Shown here in pieces: positions 8,487-16,496 of a stretch of DNA of 24,705 nucleotides. The first letter of the stretch is position 1. Each line of letters starts with the position of its first letter. Source of the stretch: a virus (lineage: Duplodnaviria; Caudoviricetes); the IMG/VR virus record IMGVR_UViG_3300042991_001440, positions 1-24,705 of that record. The stretch is one strand, 5' to 3'. Below the pieces are notes generated by a model. That model made no database searches and was not told where the DNA came from. It saw only the letters and a list, made by a program, of their open reading frames with translations. The translations under genes and the position numbers were made by a program.

Positions 8487-9362
8487 TCAAACCACCGTGG
8501 TTGGAGGCGGGATATAGGGGAATCCACGAAAGTTCGTGCTGTTGCTGAACTTGTCGGCACAGGTCGCCTTGGTATGATCGCAGCCTTGGTAGGCGCGGAA
8601 CGTGTCTCCGGCCGCTGGAAGGTTCGGCAGCGGATAGCTCAAGATCACCACGCCGGAGCCGCCAGAGGCATAAGCCTCCTTGATATTCGCCCTCACCCCG
8701 GCGTTCGCACCCGTCAGGAAAGTAACCGTACCTTGCGAATAGGCTGTCGTGGCGAAATCCCACCCGACGGTCGTTCGCGTCGAGCCAGCAAGGACAACCC
8801 CGTCGAGCCCATAGGACTCCTTGACGATCGTGCATCCAGAATCATAGAGCACGTGCTGGCAATTCGCGGTGTAGATGTTACGCGGCATATCGATGTCGAG
8901 CAGAACAAGATCCGAGTTGACCGTGATCTCGGCCGTGGTCCGCCCGATCTTGTCTATCGTGCCGATCCGCCCCTTGAACAACAGCACGGTTCCGACCGGG
9001 GCGACATCCCAAGCGGTGAGGAAGGCGCGCTCGCGCTTGATCGTGCAGCCGTCGAAGACACGGCCGCGCAAGGCCTGGAGAAAAGGAACGCCGCCGACTG
9101 TATCCGTGGCTCTTGCCGATATGGTGATCTGCTGCTGGTCCACGTCCAGCCCGGCGGCGCATTTGAATTTCAGACCGTCAACGAGTACGGAATCAGCGAG
9201 ATATGTGTAGCTGTTCCACGTGATCGGGACGTCGGCGTTGGTATAGGTCAGGATCGTGCCAGACGCCAAGGTGAACGTGAACAGGTCCGCGACAAGAGTT
9301 TTTGCGTCGCCGGCGCGCAAGGCGTTCAGGTGCGCGAGCAATGCTCCGGTTGCCGACCTCAA
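8487..9362 (-). CDS. Baseplate hub protein (DUF2163 / phage BR0599, GTA g13-like)
   Basis: ANCQHVLYDSGC and the Cys motif GCDHTKATC..KFSN..NFRGFPYIP. Probable TTG start at 9362 overlapping the DUF2460 stop (TTGA). Confidence 0.85.
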   Translation of the reverse strand: MRSATGALLAHLNALRAGDAKTLVADLFTFTLASGTILTYTNADVPITWNSYTYLADSVLVDGLKFKCAAGLDVDQQQITISARATDTVGGVPFLQALRGRVFDGCTIKRERAFLTAWDVAPVGTVLLFKGRIGTIDKIGRTTAEITVNSDLVLLDIDMPRNIYTANCQHVLYDSGCTIVKESYGLDGVVLAGSTRTTVGWDFATTAYSQGTVTFLTGANAGVRANIKEAYASGGSGVVILSYPLPNLPAAGDTFRAYQGCDHTKATCADKFSNSTNFRGFPYIPPPTTVV

Positions 9363-9964
9363 TTTTTCACGCTCCTGAACTTCAGCCCTTCGACCTTCCA
9401 CAACCCCGACATGAAGTTCTCGAAATCGACTTGATCGTCGAGGAAGCGGCACTCGAAGGCGTAGGTGAAATCCGCCGTGATCGCGACGCCGCTCCCAGGA
9501 GCCACTGAAAATGTGAGGGTGCGGGGAGCCGCCGCGACCCACCCACCTACGGAAACGCCATCGAGATAGACAGCGGTCACGAGAGTGACGTAGGAGATCG
9601 GCTCCGTCGCGGCGCCTATCGTGCGCTGCAAGGTGAAGGCCGTTTTCGTGCCGTCTCCGGTCCCGATCGATTGTCCCGTGGCAAGGTAATCCGTCGGATC
9701 GCTGTACAGGAATGTCCCGTAGCTCCCCTGGCATTGCAGATAGAGCCCCATGAGGCTTTGCAATGAATTCACGCCGAGGCCGGGGAACGACCCATCGGAG
9801 TCGAGCCCGTCGAAGGTCAGCTCGAACTCGTAGAGCGGATAGGAGAAGAACGGCGCGCGCACCTCGCGGCCCGAGACATGATCGGCCTTGCGGGTCGCAA
9901 ACGTCGGCCGCTTGTTGACCGACCAGCCTTGGCCTTTGAGAACCGGGAAGACGGGCGGCGGCAT
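9359..9964 (-). CDS. Distal tail protein (DUF2460, GTA g12-like)
   Basis: FP..GWS...PTF.T......SGRE.R, GTGDGTKTAFTL and F.CRFLDD motifs. Confidence 0.88.
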   Translation of the reverse strand: MPPPVFPVLKGQGWSVNKRPTFATRKADHVSGREVRAPFFSYPLYEFELTFDGLDSDGSFPGLGVNSLQSLMGLYLQCQGSYGTFLYSDPTDYLATGQSIGTGDGTKTAFTLQRTIGAATEPISYVTLVTAVYLDGVSVGGWVAAAPRTLTFSVAPGSGVAITADFTYAFECRFLDDQVDFENFMSGLWKVEGLKFRSVKN

Positions 9965-9975
9965 GCCTTTATCCC

Positions 9976-10001
9976 AAATGAAAAGCCGCCCGAAGGCGGC
10001 T
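9976..10001 (-). terminator. Terminator-like C(UUCG)G hairpin closing the ART cassette
   Basis: Minus strand AGCCGCC-TTCG-GGCGGCT-TTTCATTT, about 24 nt after the small acidic ORF. Confidence 0.75.
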
Positions 10002-10024
10002 GTAGATACGCAATGACGCGGCGC

Positions 10025-10216
10025 TTATTTTCGCATGTTTCGTTGCATCTCGGCTTCCAAATCCGCGATTTCTTGCTCGGATAGGCCCGCAAGCAAATCA
10101 AACGGAGGCTCATCGGGATCGGAGTCCCCTGGATGGATCTTGATCCCCTCGACGTCCTGGAGCATTAGGCGCTCGCCGAATCTCGTTTCCTTGTCCTTGT
10201 CCTTGTCATCTGTCAT
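10025..10216 (-). CDS. 63-aa acidic protein, candidate immunity/antitoxin for the ART
   Basis: ATG 10216 overlaps the ART stop (ATGA). Sequence MTDDKDKDKETRFGERL...EQEIADLEAEMQRNMRK is D/E-rich. Function is inferred from position only. Confidence 0.6.
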   Translation of the reverse strand: MTDDKDKDKETRFGERLMLQDVEGIKIHPGDSDPDEPPFDLLAGLSEQEIADLEAEMQRNMRK

Positions 10217-10917
10217 AGGATCGTGACCTTCAATGTTCTGGTCTTCTCGGACCAGCTGGTGACCTTGTATTTTGTGCCGCGCGCAAGAAGGGTCTCCCTC
10301 TCGCCGGCGGCATCGCTGAATTTTGAGATGTCCCGCGCCTTGGTGCCCTTCGGCGCCGTGACAACCATCGTGATCCCGATCCTCGATTGCGCTGCAAATT
10401 GTTTCTCGTGCTTTGCAACCCCATCGCTCGTGGTGGTCGAACCAAAGCCAGGATCCTCGATGATCTCGCCTTTCTTGAGCTTGTCCTTCCATGCCATGGC
10501 AGCTCCGCCGCCAACACCCCTATATAGCACAGTTTTTTCCGAAAGTCCTGATTTTTCGAGCAAATCGTCTAACGCCGAGATGACTTTATCATGCTTTCCT
10601 GATGGCTTGTTAATGCCCCTCAGCTCCCGGTTGATGTCCTGAAAGTCGGCACCTGTATAAGCCTTGAGCGCAGCTTTATGCTCCGCCGTCACTTCATGAC
10701 TTTCGCCGCCGGACCCGCTACCGAACCGGCCATCATCACCACGCGGATGCTCGCTTTCATCCCATCCGGCCTTTTTCAGGAGGACGCACAGGGCCTCTAT
10801 CCCGGATCGCACAAGCTCGACCCGCCGCGCCCGTGCACCAGGCGACTTGCGAATATCCGCGTTGAGCGCCTTCAACATTTCGCCGATTTCGATCAGCCTA
10901 AAGATCGCCGGAACCAC
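10213..10917 (-). CDS. Mono-ADP-ribosyltransferase, R-S-E class (VIP2/C2/Alt-like), with a WDESEHPR..GRF leader
   Basis: ALKAYT..INRELR helix, LYRGV (R), FGSTT (S) and ERETLL (ExE). GTG start with a GGGGAGGG RBS in the end of the upstream gene. Confidence 0.88.
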   Translation of the reverse strand: MVPAIFRLIEIGEMLKALNADIRKSPGARARRVELVRSGIEALCVLLKKAGWDESEHPRGDDGRFGSGSGGESHEVTAEHKAALKAYTGADFQDINRELRGINKPSGKHDKVISALDDLLEKSGLSEKTVLYRGVGGGAAMAWKDKLKKGEIIEDPGFGSTTTSDGVAKHEKQFAAQSRIGITMVVTAPKGTKARDISKFSDAAGERETLLARGTKYKVTSWSEKTRTLKVTIL

Positions 10918-10918
10918 A

Positions 10919-13207
10919 TCACCCTCCCCTCACCTGCATGATCTTGACGCTCTCGCCGCGCCAGAGCCGCGACACGAATTCCTCGAGGTCGAGCGTGTCG
11001 TCAGCGAAGCGCGCCACGACCGAGGTTCCGACCCCGAGCGCCGATGGCACCGCGAAGGTGAAGGGCACGTTCGCCGCTTTCCGCCCCGTGTAGAAGCCGG
11101 CGAGCGTTTCGAGCTCCGCCGGATTGTCCATCCTGAGCACGTCATACGTGATCTCGATCTCGAGCAGCGCGGTCGAGGTCCGGGCTGCGCGCGCTTCCCG
11201 GCCCGAGACATGCTCGGCCTTGATCGTCACATTCTCAGGCGTGTAGCGGATCGACCAGCCTTGGCCCGCGAGGTCCGGGAAGGCGGGCCAAGTTCCCGGG
11301 TCCGGTGACGGGTCCGCGGCAGCCGGAGGCTCGAACGGCCCTTTGCCGGAAACCCAATGGCCGGCTTTCCAGTTCGGCGCGTCACCCCAAACCGATTTGA
11401 GCTTCGGGAAGGTCGGGAACGGCCGTGCATCCCAAGCCCACACCGAGCAAAACGCCTGCTCGAGCATGACAACCCCGCCGCCGGATGTCTCATTGCCTCC
11501 GTCCACGAACCAATATTCGTGGATTGCCTTCAGGCCCAGGGTCCCGAGCGTAAAATCCTGCTGCGGTTGCCAGGTTCCCCCGAATACCGAATCCCATACC
11601 GACCAGAATGGCGAAGCACTTTCCGTGCTCTTCGGATCGAAGAACACATTTGGTTGGTTCGTGCCTTTATCGCATGTGGGGACTCCGTATTCGGAGAATG
11701 TCACGGACTTGGCTTGCGCGATCCATTTCGTATCCGGTCCGTGGGGAGCATATCCTCCGCCGAGCCCGTCGTCGTAAACGGCCTTGTGGGGATTGTTCCA
11801 CCACCACCGCATTTGCTTGTTCGCGAGCAATTCCTGCCCTGCATAAAATCGCACACGTGCTTGCGTCAGGCGATCTCCCTCCGGTCGAGACACCTGTTCC
11901 CCGGAGCCTCCGGGGTCAAGCCCCCGCCCGAGATTGTTGCTATCGGAGTAGAACCAATTGAACTTTTCGCCGCCCTCGATATTGGCCTTCAGGTACTCCT
12001 TGGATTGCAGCGTCGGCGTGCCAGAGAGACCAAGCCCGTTCATTTGTGTCTCGTCTGGAGGCCATGTGCCGGTGAATTTTGCTATGGTCCAATAGGTTGC
12101 GTCGAGCCCGCCGGAGCCAGTCGTCCAGTCGGACAGGGGCAGATAGTTGTCGAAGCACACGATGTCGATATTAGGTTGGCCCCACAATTGATCGAGGTGC
12201 GGCCATTGCCCGTTCTCCCCTGGATGCTGATAGCCCATCCATGACGACCAGTCGGCCACGTAGGAGACGAGGTTCTTCTTCGTCGTGAGGTTCTTGGTAA
12301 GCCCGGCAGCATCGAAGACCGATCGCACGTCGTCGGCAAGCGCGATCATCCCATCGACGAACGGATAATCCCAGGTGACCTTTCCATCGCCTCCGGTGAC
12401 GCCGGCCTTGGTCCAAGCCGGTCCACGAATGGTTTCCAGACCTCGTAGCTCCGACCCGACAAGGAAAAGGTCAACACCACCAGCCACCACGCAAAGATTG
12501 GCATAATGCAGGATCATCCTTCTGAAGGTGAAGTCGGTCGGCGAACCGGAATAGCTGACGGTCTTATTCGGCACGTCCTGGGTGAAATCGCCAGGCACCG
12601 CCGAACCGAGAAAGCTCGCGACCGCGCTTGCCGCCGCGCTCGTCTTGTCCGGCGCATAGGTGATCCGGCCACGCCACGGGAAGGTTCGGTCGGATGGATC
12701 GCCGAGAAGGAACGGGTAGAAGACGACGCGGAACCCGCGCGCCTTCAGGTCCTGGATCGCGCGAACGAGCGACGGGTCCGATTGCGTCCCGGAATAGTCG
12801 AATGTCTCGCCGACGGACGTAATCGGGATCAATCCGGCCGAGGCTTGCGTCAGCGCGGAGCATCGCCACGTGTCGGCGGCCCATGCCGAGCCATTCCAAT
12901 AGGAAAAGCTTCCGCCGATATAGGTCGTGCTCGGATAGACCTTGCACGATCCCGCGTCGATCGAATCGAAGAACCACGAGACGATGATGGCGACCGTCGT
13001 GCAGGCCGGGAAGTCCGCCGCGAGATCGTCGATCGCGCGGCTGAAATCCGTCTCCTCCCCCGCGTAGCTCGCGGCCGTCGCCCCGGAGGCATAGACATTG
13101 ATCGGGACAGCAACCGCCTCGGTCGTCCGTTGGCCGAGATGCGCGATCGTGTCGTAGGTGAACTCGCCTGACCCCGGAAGAAGGTTCACGCCATTGATGT
13201 AGGTCAT
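10919..13207 (-). CDS. GTA TIM-barrel-like (megatron-type) domain fused to a C-terminal DUF2460-like domain
   Basis: PGSGEFTY, FPWRGRIT, RRMILHYA, FLVGSELRGL, SYVADWS, DNYLPLSDW, DKGTNQPNVFFDPKSTES and VWAWDARPFP. The last ~125 aa align with 9359-9964. Confidence 0.88.
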   Translation of the reverse strand: MTYINGVNLLPGSGEFTYDTIAHLGQRTTEAVAVPINVYASGATAASYAGEETDFSRAIDDLAADFPACTTVAIIVSWFFDSIDAGSCKVYPSTTYIGGSFSYWNGSAWAADTWRCSALTQASAGLIPITSVGETFDYSGTQSDPSLVRAIQDLKARGFRVVFYPFLLGDPSDRTFPWRGRITYAPDKTSAAASAVASFLGSAVPGDFTQDVPNKTVSYSGSPTDFTFRRMILHYANLCVVAGGVDLFLVGSELRGLETIRGPAWTKAGVTGGDGKVTWDYPFVDGMIALADDVRSVFDAAGLTKNLTTKKNLVSYVADWSSWMGYQHPGENGQWPHLDQLWGQPNIDIVCFDNYLPLSDWTTGSGGLDATYWTIAKFTGTWPPDETQMNGLGLSGTPTLQSKEYLKANIEGGEKFNWFYSDSNNLGRGLDPGGSGEQVSRPEGDRLTQARVRFYAGQELLANKQMRWWWNNPHKAVYDDGLGGGYAPHGPDTKWIAQAKSVTFSEYGVPTCDKGTNQPNVFFDPKSTESASPFWSVWDSVFGGTWQPQQDFTLGTLGLKAIHEYWFVDGGNETSGGGVVMLEQAFCSVWAWDARPFPTFPKLKSVWGDAPNWKAGHWVSGKGPFEPPAAADPSPDPGTWPAFPDLAGQGWSIRYTPENVTIKAEHVSGREARAARTSTALLEIEITYDVLRMDNPAELETLAGFYTGRKAANVPFTFAVPSALGVGTSVVARFADDTLDLEEFVSRLWRGESVKIMQVRGG

Positions 13208-14466
13208 GCCTTCGAGAGCTGGCTCATGCCGAGATGCGCGCCGGTGCGCACCCCCTCGTTGATGGTTCGCATGAGCGTCCGCTCGTTATTCTTGAACCAT
13301 TTCTTGACGCTCGCGGCATCGATCGCGCTGATATTGATGTTGGTGGCGTGGTTCACGGCGACCTGCCCTCCCGCGCCGCCCAGCGGCCCGTCGTTCAGCG
13401 CCGAGCGCCACGCAGCCGCTGGGCCGGCTGGGACAATCATCTCGCCCTTGTGCACCCGCGCGATCATGTCGCTCGGCAGATCCCACGAGCCGACATCGAA
13501 GGCTGGCAGCGCGCTCGCGACTCCGAGCACCGTCGCCTGACCCGCCGCCGCTGGCCCAGCGGCCGCCGGCCCCATGATCGGCGAGAGAAAGCCAAAGATA
13601 CCGGCGAAGACCTGCGCCGCCGAGGCGAAGATGCTTTTCAGGATCCCGGAAATAACGGTGAATCCGGAGGTCGCCGCCGCCGTGGATTCGAGCCCGGTAC
13701 GAGCCGCGGTGCCGGCCGCGACCGCCGATGTCTTTGCCGCCTCGCCTGCCGTTGTCGCCGCCGTCTGTGCCGTCACGCCGGCGAGCCAGTCCGTCACGAT
13801 CCGGATGCGCCCGGCGATGAATTGCTGGATGACTTCCAGCAAGACATTCCGGGCTGCATCACGCAAGGTGGTCGTGCCCGCGATCATGCCCGTGATCGAC
13901 CGCGAGACACTAGTCCCGATCAGATCGAACGAGCGTCGATAGTCATGGTATATCTGCGTCGTTACCCTACGTTCGATTTCCTGTCTACGAGCGGCTGATT
14001 CGCTTGCGATATCGGTCCACATCGCCTGCGCGGCCGCGTAGGCGGATGTACCCTGTCGATAGGTACCCGCCAGGAACTGGATGTGGTTACGTTCGATGTC
14101 TTCCCGTTGGCGGTCGAACCCGAGGAGGCTCGCGAGCTCCTGCTGGCGCGCTATCTGCGCGGTTTGCGCTTGCTCCCGCACGAGCCCGATCCGCTCCCCC
14201 ACTCCTTTCAGCGCAACATCGTACCGGTTCGCCTCAGCTTTGCGAGCAACCGAAAGCTCCGCCGCGCTCGATGCATCCGCGTTCGACAGCAACCGAGCTA
14301 CGTTGCTCGTGACTCCACGCGACACAGAGGCGAACGAGGCGTCGACAAGCCCCGCGCCACTTCGCAGCGTACTGAGCGTCGTATCCATCGCCGCCGCGGC
14401 TTTTTGCATCCCGCGTTCCAGCCCGGAGACATCGGCGTTGAGCTTGATTACGAGATCATCGGACAT
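13204..14466 (-). CDS. Short tail tape measure protein (420 aa)
   Basis: LVIKLNADVSGL N-terminus, Ala-rich helical body and FDVG...VHKGEMIVP C-terminal motif. Follows the chaperones. Confidence 0.8.
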   Translation of the reverse strand: MSDDLVIKLNADVSGLERGMQKAAAAMDTTLSTLRSGAGLVDASFASVSRGVTSNVARLLSNADASSAAELSVARKAEANRYDVALKGVGERIGLVREQAQTAQIARQQELASLLGFDRQREDIERNHIQFLAGTYRQGTSAYAAAQAMWTDIASESAARRQEIERRVTTQIYHDYRRSFDLIGTSVSRSITGMIAGTTTLRDAARNVLLEVIQQFIAGRIRIVTDWLAGVTAQTAATTAGEAAKTSAVAAGTAARTGLESTAAATSGFTVISGILKSIFASAAQVFAGIFGFLSPIMGPAAAGPAAAGQATVLGVASALPAFDVGSWDLPSDMIARVHKGEMIVPAGPAAAWRSALNDGPLGGAGGQVAVNHATNINISAIDAASVKKWFKNNERTLMRTINEGVRTGAHLGMSQLSKA

Positions 14467-14514
14467 TCATGCGTATCCTTTCCTGCTACTCGACCCTGCG
14501 CATGACAACTGCCG

Positions 14515-14632
14515 CTAGAGCATATTTCGCTCAAAACCATTCCATTCGACCGACAAGAATATGCTCTAGCCTTTGAGTCTGGGCCGACTTCTTGTCGACC
14601 GGGTGACTCCACCCGGTGGACAAGCGCTCTAG
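14515..14632 (-). repeat. 118-bp CTAG-bounded palindromic miniature repeat, copy 2
   Basis: CTAGAGC...GCTCTAG termini, internal CTAGAGCATATT...AATATGCTCTAG inverted repeat and accgggtg-actc-cacccggt hairpin. Its terminal CTAG contains the TAG stop at 14629-14631. Confidence 0.87.
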
Positions 14633-14931
14633 CCCTCCCGCACGAACCCTTGTGGATACCGTGCAAGCAGCCCTCCGATACCGCTCGGATCGGTCTTGCT
14701 CGACGCCGCGGATTCCACCACGTTGGGCTCGATTCGATATACACACTTCAGAATTTCATGCACTGGCGGATATTCTTGCCAATACGCGTAAAGGCCGAGG
14801 ACATCACAGAACGGCATATCGTCGATCTCTGCCGGCGTATATCCACAAGCGGCCATCAGCCTCGCATAAACCCTAGCGAAGTCGAGGCGGACGCACCTAT
14901 CGAGCTCGGCGCGCCCGCCGCGCCTTCCCCC
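14629..14931 (-). CDS. -1 frame extension of the tail assembly chaperone (gpGT-like C-terminal part)
   Basis: The frame entered by -1 slippage reads ...LDFARVYARLMAACGYTPAEIDDMPFCDVLGLYAYWQEYPP, typical of gpT-like segments. Confidence 0.7.
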   Translation of the reverse strand, partial: GGRRGGRAELDRCVRLDFARVYARLMAACGYTPAEIDDMPFCDVLGLYAYWQEYPPVHEILKCVYRIEPNVVESAASSKTDPSGIGGLLARYPQGFVREG

Positions 14932-15227
14932 GTTGCCGCGTCTCCGCAAGTCTTCGCCTCGATGAAGCCCCCCAGACGCAGTACAGCCCCCATTGCAGCA
15001 GCAATCTCCGGCGCCGTCGCCTCGATCTCCGATAGCTCCGCTGCGGCTTCGGAATTGTCGCGGCGTAGCGCAATCGCGACGATCGCTATCGCTGCACCGA
15101 TGTTGCCTTTTGCGCCAAGACCGCTCTCCATGAGAATCGGCTCGATTTCCTGCACTTGCCGAAGCGTCAGCGGCCTGACAACCCACTCGTGCGATCCGAG
15201 TATTATCGATTCCGGCTGCAGCCTCAT
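14856..15227 (-). CDS. Tail assembly chaperone (gpG-like)
   Basis: Lies between tail tube and tape measure. IILGSHEWVVRPLTLRQ pattern, with a slippery site near the 3' end. Confidence 0.75.
   Translation of the reverse strand: MRLQPESIILGSHEWVVRPLTLRQVQEIEPILMESGLGAKGNIGAAIAIVAIALRRDNSEAAAELSEIEATAPEIAAAMGAVLRLGGFIEAKTCGDAATGEGAAGAPSSIGASASTSLGFMRG
14925..14931 (-). promoter_or_regulatory. Programmed -1 ribosomal frameshift site G GGG GAA
   Basis: In-frame ACG GGG GAA GGC. A -1 shift lands in the 14629 ORF frame. Confidence 0.75.
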
Positions 15228-15228
15228 C

Positions 15229-15966
15229 TCACGACACCTCCGCGAACGACCACGTCATAACGTTGCCGGCTGCATCGGCAAAGCACGAGAAGTCGAACTC
15301 CGGCATGACGAAATCTTCGAGTTTCGTCTTGAAGCTCAGCTTGCTCGATGTACAATTGTTGAGCGTCAACGAAACCGCCTGACCCTGGAAGGTGGTAAAG
15401 AACTGTGCCTGGAACGTCGGCGTCGTACCGAGCAGCTGATTCGTCACAGTGAACTTATGGCCAGCTCCATCCAGCGAATAGGTATAGCTGACAAGCACAG
15501 CCTTCCCGGCATCCGCCGCGTTGAACGCGTAGTCCCCGGACGCTACGGAATATTGCCCGGCGCCTGGTGTGGCCGCCACCTTGGTCAGCGGCAGGCCCGA
15601 CGCAACATACACGACACCATTGTCGCCGACGAAACCCCCAGCATTGAGCACAGTCACGGTATAAGGCGCGGAGGCGGGGATCGTGCCGGCCTCTGCGAAG
15701 GCAGTCGCGATCTGGCCGGACGTAGGTGTCACTCCGTAAAAGAGATGCGCGAAAGCCAGGCCGGAAATCCGGGCGACCTTTGCCTTGCCGGTCGTCTTGA
15801 TCGTACCACGCGCCTCGACGATAGCACGTTGGAATTGCCCATGTAGCTCCTTGACGGTCGCCGTCTCCTCGATCGTCACTTCCTGTACCAATCCGAAGTT
15901 TACCGGAGTTGCATTCGGAATATCGGTGCGGGTCCCGAGCAAGACGCCCGTGCCGAAGCTATACAT
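15229..15966 (-). CDS. Major tail tube protein with inserted beta (Ig-like) domain
   Basis: Position before the chaperones. NFGLVQEVTIE...KELHGQFQ and KLEDFVMPEFDFSCFAD beta-rich pattern. Confidence 0.75.
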   Translation of the reverse strand: MYSFGTGVLLGTRTDIPNATPVNFGLVQEVTIEETATVKELHGQFQRAIVEARGTIKTTGKAKVARISGLAFAHLFYGVTPTSGQIATAFAEAGTIPASAPYTVTVLNAGGFVGDNGVVYVASGLPLTKVAATPGAGQYSVASGDYAFNAADAGKAVLVSYTYSLDGAGHKFTVTNQLLGTTPTFQAQFFTTFQGQAVSLTLNNCTSSKLSFKTKLEDFVMPEFDFSCFADAAGNVMTWSFAEVS

Positions 15967-16194
15967 GCATTGCCCCTTTGGTTTGAACGAGGACGCGCCT
16001 CGGAAATTCGCACTGCCCCGGTTTCGGTATCGAACCCAGACGTGGATCGGGTGTCCCTACCTCGCATGCGGGTAGGAGGACCGCGTCAGTTCCTAGGACG
16101 AGTGTTGCGTCAACAAGCACCCTCGAGGGCCGTGCGCCTCCTTCGACCATCAAGCCACGAGTCGGCCTTCGACAACGAGCTCATCCCCGTTAGC

Positions 16195-16380
16195 TAGCGC
16201 ATGGGTGCATCACCCGATCATGCGCATCGCATCCGCCCATGGCGTTCCGATGCACGAGCGGGCTCAATTGTTGGTGGTCTGCAACGATTTGCAGCTCCCG
16301 TTCCTGCTTGTCACCTCGATTTGGTGACAAATCGACATCGATGCTATATTGCGACGAAGAAGAACTCAGAGCAGGTTTGC
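16195..16380. repeat. Probable decayed palindromic repeat remnants in a ~530-bp non-coding gap
   Basis: ctagcgc terminus, gtgcatc...gatgcac and ttgtcacc...ggtgacaa inverted repeats. attgcgacgaagaagaactcagagc resembles the linker of these elements. Confidence 0.4.
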
Positions 16381-16496
16381 TTCTCGACCGTAGCGCACGT
16401 TGGCCGAGCGCGATTTCCAGCGTAGCGGACACCGGCTTGCGTCGCCAATCGGAGGGGAAGCCGGCCTAGACGAAACTGCTTGCACCCGGGCCGCGA

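Noticed and set aside
10217-10492. 155-aa version of the ORF downstream of the ART
   Set aside because: The upstream part overlaps the ART catalytic region out of frame. The ATGA-coupled start at 10216 is more plausible.
16020-16045. GGGTTCGATACC on the minus strand resembling a tRNA T-loop or att remnant
   Set aside because: The flanking stem pairs only about 2 bp, and there is no cloverleaf or CCA end.
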